From Lama guanicoe (taxonomy: Eukaryota), in assembly GCA_013239625.1 (NCBI GenBank), contig MU054049.1, positions 1,191,015 through 1,255,014 on the forward strand: DNA of 64,000 bases, read 5' to 3'. Positions 1 through 10,850 of this stretch are shown one piece after another. A model generated the notes under the pieces. That model made no database searches, was not told where the DNA came from, and saw only the letters and a program-made list of their open reading frames with translations. Numbering within the stretch: position 1 is the stretch's first letter; each line of letters starts with the position of its first letter. A program made the translations under genes and the position numbers.

Positions 1-810
1 CCTTCGGGACCCACAGTTCACTGCAGGCAAAAGGAGGTTCTCTTTGGGAAAACAGAGGACTCATCCTCTCCAGGAGAATGGTGGGAAATCTGGGCACACA
101 ATAGCCTTGGGGCAAGGCTGAGCCCTCAAGAGGGTGTCAGAACCACACACAGAGATCCAGGCTCCACTCTGAGGCAAGGTTTCAAATAAGCTGGTTAAAC
201 TCTTACATTTGGATCCAGAAGGACACAGGTTCAAGTCCTGACTACAACCCACAAGCTGCATGACCGTGGGTAAGTCGTCCACCATCACCTTACTGACTCT
301 GAGTCTCCCTGGGCCCAGCTATAAAAGCAGAATGACATAACTTGCTCCACAAAGCTGGTGTGCAAAATCACCAACACATCCCCGCCCTGCTCGACACTGC
401 TCTGGTGGGGAGAACACAGCAGGGACCAGAGAAGACAACCTCCCTGCCTTCTCGGATCTTGCATTCTGATAGAAGAGAGACACAATTAGTAGGTAAATAT
501 AAAAGTATGTCAAGGTGCCTCTTGACACCTTGGGAAGACCATCAGAGGGTGGGTGGTGCTTTACACAGGGTTTCAGGAAGGCTTCTCCTTGGGGGGATGT
601 TGGAATAGAGACCCCAGGGCTGAGTGATAAGCCCCAGGCACACCCTGGGGAGGACGGTCCAGGCAGCCAGTGCAGACAGCAGACACAAAGGCCCGACCAG
701 AACTTGCTTCAGGATCAGCAAGGAGGCCAGGATAGTCGGAAGGGAATGAGGAAGGGGGACAGTGATAAAAATGATGTCAAAGAGGCAAAAGGGGCTAGAC
801 CACAACAGGG

Positions 811-1105
811 CTGGGCTGTCCAAGATGGTAGCCACTGGCCAAATGCGGCTATTAAGCACTGAAATGTGGTTCTGAAATGAGATGTGCAGTACGTGTAACA
901 TACACACAGGATTTTGAAGACACAGTCCAACAATAAGCATGGAAAATACGTCATTAATAATTTTTATACCGGTTATACGGTTCAGTGCTAATATTCTGAT
1001 ATATTGGGCTAAATAAGCCATATAATTAAAATTGGTTTCTCCTGTCCCTTTTTACTTCTTTATCGTGACTCCTGGAAAATTTAAATGACACATAAGGCTT
1101 ACATG
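811..1105. mobile_element. MER33-like hAT-Charlie non-autonomous DNA transposon, apparently splitting an L2 fragment
   Basis: gctgtccaagatggtagccact...gcactgaaatgtgg...gagatgtgc...ggattttgaagac...aaaatttaaa matches the remembered MER33/MER3 consensus. L2-like sequence lies at about 620-800 and 1110-1170. Confidence 0.75.
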
Positions 1106-1584
1106 ATATGAGGCATCAGAGGCCATTGTAAGGAGTCTGGCGTTTATGTCGAGCAACGTGGGAAGTACACAGAAATGCACATCAAGTGCTTAGCATGTTT
1201 CCCAGAACAGAGTGGAGAACGTTTACGAAACTAGAATTCCATTCATAGACAAACTGCCCAAATATAAAGGGAAATATATTTGGCAGGAGGACACTAGATT
1301 CAAAAAAAGTTATCACGAAACGAATAAAAGTTAAGTTTAAATAATTGCTTAGCACGTAGTGATAAAGTTTAATGAAATTACCAAGTAATGGCTATTGAAA
1401 TATGAAACATAAAATTAAATAACAAAGAATGTGACAAAAGAAGAATGACAGCCAAAATTGGATCCATTCCTGAATTCCAAACGGATCAGAAAAAACAGAC
1501 CAAAAAAAAAAAAAAAAAGAGAGAGAAACCATATAAGAACCATGTAAGTATCTCATTTCAGCCGTCCTGCTTCTAAGCTCGTTT

Positions 1585-2360
1585 CCATGATGCCAATGAG
1601 ATTAAGTATTTTTCATGAACTTACTGGCTATTTGTATAGCTTCATTTGTGAAGCCCAGATTTAAGGCTTCTGCCTATCTTTTTGGAGAGTTGTCTTTCTC
1701 TTTTTTTTTTTTTAAGTTGATTTGTAGGTGTTCACAAATTCTAGGTCAGGGTCCTTTGTCAGATCTCTGCTTGACAGAGATGTTCTCCGGATGGGTGGTT
1801 TCCCTGTTTGTTTTTGAACAAGGATCTTGAAGCAGAACAGACATTCTAAATTTCAGTGGAGTCCAAAGTTTTCCATCTTTTCCCTCATGGCTGGTCCATC
1901 ATGTATCTTGTTTGAAAAATCTTTGCCCACTCGGACGAGGGGCAGATATGCTATTTTTAGGAAGCTTTATTTTTGCTTTTCCCACTAAGTGGATGGACTT
2001 TCTCTAATTGATTGTTGTGTGTGGTGTGGAGTACCGGCTACGGGTCATCGTTTTTCATGTGAAGATCCAACAGACCCATCACCATGTACTGAAAAGAGCA
2101 CCCCCTCTTCCCTGCACTGCAGTGTCACTTTTGTCATAAAATCAAGTGACAATACATACGTAGAGACGTCTGAGGCTCTTTATTCTGCTCCTTTGGTTTA
2201 TTTGTCTGTTCTTGCTCATATCATGACTTAATGTTTGGCTTAATTAGTGCAGCTTTAATGTAAAGCTCGCGACTTGGCATAGAAATTCTCCACTTTGTTC
2301 TTTTCCTTCAAGATTGTCTTGGCCTTTTGCAGGATGTAGACGTTTTAGAACAGGCTTGCC
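1585..2360 (-). mobile_element. Ancient L1 (L1M-type) ORF2/3' fragment
   Basis: T-rich antisense L1 motifs (tttttcatgaacttactggctatttgtata, tttcttccttcaagattgtcttggc). Confidence 0.65.
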
Positions 2361-2439
2361 CATTTCTCTACCTCTCCCTCTTTCTCCCTTTCTCTCTCTC
2401 CCCTCCCCGTCCCTCTCCCAAAGACACAGCTGCTGAACA

Positions 2440-3400
2440 AAATTAGCCACAAATTAAATAACAATATGACTAGAAACTTAAAAAAATGAAATATCCATGC
2501 ATCCCCACTGATACAAAGAAATTAGTGAATAAATCAGTGAGGGAAGGGGTCCAGCTCTTCCTTATAGAAGAATTTCAAGTAGCAAATGGAGATGGATTGA
2601 GGAAAACAGAAAATCACCATCAGTTCCCCATTGTAGTAACTGCTGCAGGCAAAATCCACTGCAAAACGCTAAAATGAGCGGACGAGAGTTCAAGGAAAAA
2701 CAGGATATTTGTATAGGCTTGATGTACGAATTACTGCAGCAGTTTTCATATATGTCCCTGAAGTCTTAACTCTCCTCCCCTTGAGTGCCACCTGGATTTA
2801 GTGACTGGCTTCTAACAAATTGAATATGAAAAGGAAAAAATAGTAACTTTATACTGAAGAAGGCCGGCAGACACCAGCTTACTCAGGTGGCCAAGACGCG
2901 CACATTACAAGACACGTGGACAGCACGTCCCCTCCACGTGACACAATGAGAAAGAAGGATCTCGTCTGTGCTGTTCTTCCCCTAAGTCCGTAACCTCATT
3001 TCTAATCATCAGAAACACCTCAGAGCAGCCCAAATCCAGGGATGTTCTAAAAATGAACTAGCTGCTCCTCTTTCCAAGTGTCAGGGCCACAGAAGACAGA
3101 CGGTGGCAGTGGCACAGATTGGAGGAGGCTAAGGAGACATGACAACTCAATGCAATGCAATGTCCTGGATTGGCTCCTGGACCAGAAAAAGAACATCCAT
3201 GGAAATACTGCTGCAATCTGGTCAAAGTCTGGAGTGCAGTTACCGGTTAGGTACTGATGGTGATTTCTCAGTTTTGACAAACACACCATGGCTGTGTAAG
3301 ATGGCAATGTCAGGAGAAGCTGGGCAAATTGTAGACAGGAACTCTGTAGCATCTTTATAACATTTCCGTGCATCTACACTTAGCTGAAAATAAAAAAGTA
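2440..3400 (+). mobile_element. Ancient L1MC/MD-type 3' UTR
   Basis: aaatatccatg...cttccttatagaagaatt; ggctaaggagacatgacaact...gtcctggattgg; ends in A-rich aaaataaaaaag. Confidence 0.65.
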
Positions 3401-3572
3401 TATTTCCTGGAAAGTTCTTCAGTAGACTCTTCAGAGTGGTTATTTGGCAAATTTATACAACTGGTCCACTTTCTGTTTTACCCATTCTTGAGTGTGCTTT
3501 TCTCCTTCTTTTCGAAAAGAAGCATTGATAACAAAAAGTAATTCCATTTGAATTTTTACAAAGCTACTCTGG

Positions 3573-3582
3573 AGAAGATGTG

Positions 3583-3629
<47 letters not shown>

Positions 3630-4097
3630 CACATTAGAATACTTCTGTGCCATAAAAAAGAATGAAATAATACCATTTGCAGCAACATGGATGGACTAGA
3701 GATGATCATACTAAGTCAATAAGACAGAGTTTAAAGGCAAATATCATATGATATCATTTGTATGTGGAATCTAAAATATGACACAAATGGACTTATTTAC
3801 AAACCAGAAATAGACTCACAGACATAGAAAACAAACGATGGTTATCAAAGGGGGAAGGGGTGAGCAGAGGGGTAAATTAGAAGTTTGGAATTAACATACA
3901 CACTGCTTTATATAAAATAAACAACAGGGACCTGCTGTATGGCACAGGGAACTACATTCAATATCTTTAATAACCCATAATGGAAAAGAATCAGAGAAAG
4001 AATATATATATATTCTGTATATATATAAAATCACTTTGCTGTACACCTGAAACTAACACAACGTTGCAAATCAACCATACTTCCAAAAAAGAAAAAG
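3573..4097 (+). mobile_element. 5'-truncated young L1 3' end with (TG)n
   Basis: ccatttgcagcaacatggatggactagag...cacctgaaactaacacaac...A tail. TSD aaagctactctgg (3560-3572) / aaagccactccgg (4098-4110). Confidence 0.9.
3586..3626. repeat. (TG)~20 microsatellite
   Basis: Perfect dinucleotide run. Confidence 0.98.
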
Positions 4098-4280
4098 AAA
4101 GCCACTCCGGGAACTAGGTACAGAGAAAGCTGGCTCAAACGCTGACCCAAGAAGAGAGAGCAGCTCTGTTGGGGACAAAGCGTCAAGAACCTGGAGCGTG
4201 TTTTGAGTGAATAAAGGCCCTCCTGGGACCTCAGTGTGTTCAAGGCTCGAAAGGACAGCACGCAGCTTGTGGTCACTCAC

Positions 4281-4342
4281 CAGGGTGACTTTCCTCTGTG
4301 GCTTCAGCAGCTTCGGTTTGTGGAACGTGGTGGCGATGGGAG
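4281..4342 (-). CDS. VSTM4: VSTM4 exon 7 (62 nt), APIATTFHKPKLLKPQRKVTL
   Basis: Acceptor ttccacag|CT, donor CTG|GTGAGT; phase 1-0. Confidence 0.96.
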
Positions 4343-4689
4343 CTGTGGAAGCACGTCAAGGGTTGAGTCTGCAACTCCTGCCAGGACTCTTCAAGCCCAC
4401 GCACCCTGAGCAGCGTGGACACAGAGACCCGGGGGCCCCTTCCCGTCCTCGTGGGAGAGCTCTAGTTTCTGACCTAAGTATCAGCCAGTCTGGTGCCCCT
4501 CGGGGGAGGGTGATCTGTTCCCAGCCTTGGGACCCCACAACAAGGTCAATAAAACAACTGCATGAAACACCACGAGCTACAAAGAGGTCAGGTGTGCAGG
4601 TGAGAACCGAGTGGTGAAGGCTGAGGCTGGGACCTTCCCTGGGGCTTCAGTCTAACTGCACACTAACACTGACAGCAGTGACCTCTGAC

Positions 4690-4835
4690 CCTCACAGCAG
4701 CCCCGTGAGGTCATCAGGGAGGGTCTTACTGTCCCCACTAGACAGAGGAGGAAACTGAGGCTCTTCCCCCAATGCCATGCAGATAACAAGTATTTAGATG
4801 ATCCGGGACTTGAACTCAAAGCCAGGCTCCACCAC
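4690..4835 (-). mobile_element. MIR SINE fragment
   Basis: ccccactagacagaggaggaaactgaggctc...gggacttgaactc core motif. Confidence 0.7.
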
Positions 4836-5723
4836 GTGGCTCTCTGAGAGTCATTTTCTTCTTTCTTAAGGGAGGGCACTGTCTGCTCTGACCGAATGAG
4901 ACAACAGAGCAGGAGGCTGCCTGGCCCAGAGCAGCGGCTCTCCGCTCCCTTCCCTCCCCAGACCCACACATGTCATGCCTCCCGGAACACCCACGCCTCC
5001 CAGCCCCTTCTGCCCACCCAGTCTCAACACCACTGCCTTTCATCAAAGGGCTCGAAGGGTCCCTAGGAGACACGCTGTGAAGTCCCAATTGAGGGACAGA
5101 ATGTATCTTACCTTGTGATTAAGCTGTTCACCTGGGCAACCCTTGTATTCCTAACTCTGTATCAAATTCTTTGACCTATGGACTTCTCTTAAATTGGCCA
5201 CAGTTATTTGAGGAACCGTTTTAGTCCTCAACTCTGGAAATGCCCATCTGCCTTACTTGTGCCACTCTAAGTCATAACTGGAGTCAAGGGCTAACCTTCA
5301 TTGTATCCCCAGGACAAACCCAAAGTAAATGACATGCCTAGCTGACATCTTTTGGAGAATCAGAGAGCCTTCTTCGCCTTGAACGAACCAAGAGGATGCG
5401 GACACCGCCTGCCCCACTCTGCTATGTGCAGAGCACATTAATAGTTCAAAGTGAAATACACTGTGGAATAGTCTGGAGAGACTGACTCCTGCCTCCAGCT
5501 CCCTGCTAAAGCCACCCCTGGCCATTGTCATTGCCCCCAGCCTATCTCAGGGATGGGACTTAGTTATGAACAGAAGCTAGGTGGGGCTCTCCAGATCATA
5601 TGATCATGGCTGTCATGTCCTCCATCTGCCTGCTCCCCCGTCCTGATTTCACATCTAACCCCAGGCTCACTTCTGATCAAGCGTGGTGGTCTCCACGTGA
5701 GTGACGGCTGGCTGGGGTCCTAC

Positions 5724-5830
5724 CTTTGGCAGGGACTGCGGGAGGAATGTCAGGTTTCTCCTTCCGCCTCTTGCCCTTCTTGGGCTGCAGTGGGGCCAAG
5801 CTGGTCACGCTGGTGACAGTCTCCCCGGAG
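5724..5830 (-). CDS. VSTM4: VSTM4 exon 6 (107 nt), cytoplasmic SGETVTSVTSLAPLQPKKGKRRKEKPDIPPAVPAK
   Basis: Acceptor ttctacag|C, donor G|GTAGGA; phase 2-1. Confidence 0.96.
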
Positions 5831-6979
5831 CTGTAGAAGAAAAAGGTCCTGGTGAAGGCAGAGGCAGGTTTGTTCCAGACAAAAGGAAAGGAAGCAATAG
5901 TTTTGGGTGCCCCTTGTGTATGAGGTAGGGTACTCCTACAGCTGAGCTGGGATCACTCTGTGTTTGTCTCCAGGGATGTCTGGAGATCTGGTACTGACCC
6001 TTGGCTAAGATAAAGATGATATGAGTTAGGGATTTACAACGTGCTGTTTAAAGTTGCAAAACCACTGGAGAGACCCAGGGCTAGCTTGTCTCTGTTCTTC
6101 AGGGATGTATAGATTGGTGGTTTGCACCTGGTTAATGGGTTTACATGGTCTGGCCTGGTGACTTCACAAGTAGGCTATGAAGATATTACAAAACACTTCT
6201 CCTGAGGTCCCCTAGAACAAGCTTCCCTGTACATTTCTTTGTGGTCCACAATCCAGAGACAGAGCAGCACTTGTGCAAGTGAGAAAGGACCCTGGGGAGC
6301 TGCACCCAGGAGTCCCTAGGGTCCCCCTGGTCATTCACACTGTCTCCTGCTGGACCAGTGCCTCCAAGCTAAAAACTGAGTCAACCCTCAGGAGTGTTGT
6401 ATTTTCAATTATCTTGGTGATTATCTGTGTAATTCTTTCTGTGTGTTATCCATTATTATAACCCAAAGTGATGGGGTTGAGGAGTGTTATATTACAGGTA
6501 AGAAAACCAAGATCCAAAGATGCTAAGTGACTTGCTCTAAGGGACACTGTTTAGTAAGCAGCTGACACAAAAGACTGGCCTGATATGAGAAGTGTTCTTG
6601 ATGCTACTACGTCTAGGGTAGAGTCCACACACTTTCTTGAATGGCCATCAGTCTTATTTCAAATACATCTTATGGGTTCCAGCAACCCAGAGGGAAATCT
6701 CTTTTTTAGAATCTCTTATCCCTGGGGACATGTTCCGACCAGGTAGGTACCAAGAGAAGCTATCCCCCTAATACAAAAAGGACTTCTAGAAGTCCGTAAG
6801 ATATGACCAACAGCCTAATAATCAAAATAAATGAACGTGGTACAAGGTTTTTCATCCAAGAAGAGAGGCTCGTACCTACGAAAACATGCTAAGATCTCCT
6901 CATGAAAGAGGAATCCAAATAAAAATGTAGTGTACTTTCTTTCTCCAAGTATCAGAACAGCAACCATCAAACTTAAGGC

Positions 6980-7620
6980 AAAGCACTCTTTTGGCAAGGC
7001 TGTGGGGAATCGGGCACTCAAAAGTATTGCTGGTATGAGTCTAAACCCTTCCTGATGGAGAGTAGTTCAACAACAGAATAACAGGGGATATCAGAATTAC
7101 AGAGGCTCATACTCTGTGGCCTGGGAATTTCATTTCTGAGAGTTTATTCTGTAAATATCCTTGCACAAGTACAAGATGTACATTACAGTGCTATTCGTAA
7201 CAGCATTAGATTAGAAACAACCTAACTGTCCATCAGCAGGGGACTGGCTAAGGAAATTATGGTGAATCCACAGACACCCACACATGGGGTCCTCTGTAGC
7301 TGTAATGAGGGATGAAGAGGCTGTTTATGTACTGAAAAGGAAAGACACATTGTTAAGTGAAAAAGCCAGGAGTTGGACAATGCATAAAATGAGAGTCATT
7401 TTTAGTATAGAAATATGGGAGAATAATAGATATTAGTACTTAGGCACACGAACACAGAGAAACTTTGGAAATAGTCACAAGAATTTAAAAATAGTGGTTC
7501 CTTTGAACGGACGTGCTAAGGAACTAAACAGATGGGAGACTGGATAAGGAGAATTATCACTGTATTTATATATTTGCAAATGAATAACTGTACTTTTAAA
7601 CTTGAATTTATTAAAGCCGG
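6980..7620 (+). mobile_element. Ancient L1ME-type 3' fragment
   Basis: gaaacaacctaactgtccatcagcaggggactggctaagg...ttgttaagtgaaaaagccagg. Confidence 0.65.
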
Positions 7621-8159
7621 AGGTTGTATAATCTTTGAAAAACAGTAAATTAAATACAAATAAATACCTACATATACTTAATAAAAGAAAACAGACAATT
7701 CTAATAGAGTCCTAGAGTTTTAAAAATAAACAAAGACTGAATCACACATTGTGGGAAATTTTCCAAGAATATCGTTCACCACTGAGAATCCCCAGAAGAT
7801 AGCTCATTTTTATGGGGAACAGAAATTCTAACTGGCCATGGCTTTTGAGTATGGGGTCAATCGTGTAAATTCACAAACAGCCAAAAAGGAATGTGTGTTT
7901 CCAAAACTCTGGCCACTAAGAGAAAACAAGGGATCAGAAACCCTCAGAATTGTTTAAACACACAACCACACGTACAGCTTCATTTCATTGCTTTTTAAAC
8001 TCTTGAAATGTTTATTTTTTTTCTCTCCATTATAAATGAATGCATGTTCATATTTTAAAATGGTCATTTCAGGCATGGAGATGAAAGAAAAGAAATCTAT
8101 CATAACCAAAACACAAACTTGGTAAATATTTCCAGACGTTTCCCTCTTTCCTGTTTTCT

Positions 8160-8810
8160 TTTTTAAATAGACTTTATCTTTTTAGAGCAGTTCTATGCTC
8201 ACAACACAATTGAGCAAAAGGTACAGAGAGTTCCCATAGATCCCTGCCCCCCCCCGCATGATGAACATCCCCCACCCGAGTGGTACATTTGTTATAGCTG
8301 ATGAAATACCTTGACACATCACTATCACCCAAAGTCCGCAGTTTACATTAGGATGCACTCCTGGTGTTGTACATTCTATGGGTGTGGACAAACAATGTAT
8401 CCACTATCATAGTATTACACAGAATAGTTTCTGAGCCCTATAATTCCTCTGGGCTCCACCTATTCATCCCTCCCTCCCCTGCCTCCGGCAACCACTGATC
8501 CATTTACAGTCTGCATAGTTTTGCCTTTTCCAGAATGCCACCTATAGCTCGAATCAAACAGTCTATAGCTTTTTCAGATTGGCTTCATTCACTTAGAAAT
8601 ACGCATTTAAGTTTTCCCCATGTCTTTTCATAGCTTGAGAGCTCATTTCTTTTTAATGTTCAATAATATTCCATTGTCTGGATGTACCAGAGTTTATTTA
8701 TCCATTCACCTACTGGAGGATATCTTGGTTGCTCCCAAGTTTGGGAGGTTATGAATAAAGCTACTATAAACATCCATGTGCAGGTTTTATGTGTGAACAT
8801 AAGTTTCACA
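8160..8810 (-). mobile_element. L1MB/MC-type 3' end
   Basis: agactttatctttttagagcagtt...aaggtacagagagttcccata...ttattcattcacct-type motifs. Confidence 0.8.
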
Positions 8811-8827
8811 CAAAACTTATACGCTGT

Positions 8828-8972
8828 GGGGGAGGATGTAGCTCAGTGGTAGAGCACATGCTTAGCATGCAGAAGGTCCTGGGTTCAATCCCCAGTACCT
8901 CCATTAAAAAAATAATTAATTAATTAGCCTCATTACCCCTCCAAAAACAAACAAAAACAAACAAAAATTTTT
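8828..8972 (+). mobile_element. tRNA-Ala(AGC)-derived SINE (Vic-1-like)
   Basis: GGGGGAGGATGTAGCTCAGTGGTAGAGC...TTAGCATGC...GGGTTCAATCCCCAGTACCTCCA (A and B boxes) plus A-rich tail. Flanked by aaacttata repeats. Confidence 0.88.
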
Positions 8973-9386
8973 AAACTTATATATTGGTCCTAATATATTG
9001 TTTTTTAAAAAAATAATACTGTATTACAATTTTGCATCCTTCTTTCTACTTAATCTTCATTTTCCATATTGTTACATCCCCATGCTATTCCAGCGAGAAG
9101 GTATACCCCAGTTTACTTGGCCATTCTCTGACGTCTAAACATCTAATTGGTTTCCTAGTTTGCTATATAAATAACATTGCTATAAATATGTGTGTGCATA
9201 ATGGTTTCACATTCTTAGACTTTTGTTTTTAGGATGGACTCTTAGAGTGGGACTTACCAGTTCCCAGAGGGGGATCATACGAAAGGCAATTTAATCCGCA
9301 CTGTCCAAATTATTTCTGACAAATTCATACTGCTTTATAACCATTTGGCCAATGGATAAGGGTATTTTATATTTCCATGCTCTTTA

Positions 9387-9390
9387 TTTT

Positions 9391-9422
<32 letters not shown>

Positions 9423-9581
9423 AATATATATATATATTTATATATAAATATTATATTTATATATAAAATATATATATATATTTATTTATTGAAGTATAGT
9501 CAGTTTACAATGTTGTGTCAATTGCTTGTGTGCAGCATAATGCTTCAGTCATACAAGAACATACATATATTCGTTTTCATA
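9387..9581 (-). mobile_element. Severely 5'-truncated young L1 (~100 nt) whose tail has become (TA)n-rich
   Basis: ttgaagtatagtcagtttacaatgttgtgtcaatt is the L1 3' terminus. Perfect 14-bp TSD ttccatgctcttta at 9373-9386 and 9582-9595. Confidence 0.9.
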
Positions 9582-10679
9582 TTCCATGCTCTTTAACACC
9601 AGGTTTACCAGTTTAAAAAATGACTCATTTAATGAGAAAAAATATGCATTTCTCTGCTTGCCAGTGAGGATGTACGTGTCCTATGTTTGTCTAAATGTGC
9701 TTCCTCATTAATGAATGATGGATGGACATCTTCTGCTATTATTTATCAAGACCTTGCATTTTTCTATAGATTTGCATGCACCTTCTACATCAATATGACG
9801 TGTTTATTGCAAATATTTTCCCCAACTTTCTTTGACTTCTGGCTTTTTGTTAAATGCACGGCAATTTGTTTCTGTTAAAATCATTTGATGTTTTCTTTGG
9901 GTTTATTACCTCTGAGTTTGTACTGTCCTCCCCAGCTGCACCTCATGCCCTGAAAAATCAAGTAACATTTCCCCTTCCTCTTCTCTTTTCCTGGAGTTAA
10001 TTCTTTAGCTCTTTAATGAAACTTTGGGGACATGGTAAACTTTTATCTTTATGCCCAGGGCTTTTAGAGAGCTGAAAAAGATCTGCTTTGTCATCATCGT
10101 TCTCCTTGAAAACAGTAAAACTGCACTTAACTAAATTTAGTTCTAATTCATACTTCAATGCTGAGCCGTCCGTCACACGCAATGAGTCACTACAATGACA
10201 CATGCCCGATGGTAGTTCTCTCTGAATCTTAACGTCTCCCATTGAGCCAGCAGGACTGGTAGGAATTTTTGGCTAAGAAAGTCCCCGTTATGATTCACTC
10301 ACAAGAAAAGTTACCCTACATCTTAGGTTGGAACATTTTGTGTCCCGAGGGAGGGAGCATTGCTGGAACAAGTCAAACCAAGGAAGATTTAAAAAAAAAA
10401 AAAGGCTGAAGCTCTGTCTAAATTAGAGGGCTGTGTGATGGGAGAGAATTGCTATTTGTGGGGAACAGGGCTGTTTTTTTGGCTCCCACAAGGGTGGGGC
10501 AGGAGGCGCACGTGTGGGGCCCTTGTTGTGACATGTACAAGCTTCCGGCCTGGCCGCCTCTCATGGGCATCTCTGTCCCACAAAGGCTGGGCACCTCTGC
10601 TCTGTGGCATGTGGGGGCTGGATCTCGTGAATGGGCACTGGACAGGGGCAGACGGCCGGCACCAAATCTGGTTCCACTT

Positions 10680-10850
10680 TGACTAGAGAGGTGACACAGG
10701 GCAAGTCACTCATTCCCGGGGTCTCATCCCCCAACCTGTCAAATGGAGAGACACACCTTTGCTCTCTGTCTTGCAGGGTTATTATTAGGGTCAGATGAGA
10801 TAGCGCAGCCTGAATGAGAAGGGGCATGAAATGGCTAAACAGCATGGACC
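10680..10850 (+). mobile_element. MIR SINE fragment
   Basis: gtgacacagggcaagtcact...ctgtcaaatggag...ttgcagggttattattagggtcagatgagata. Confidence 0.7.
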
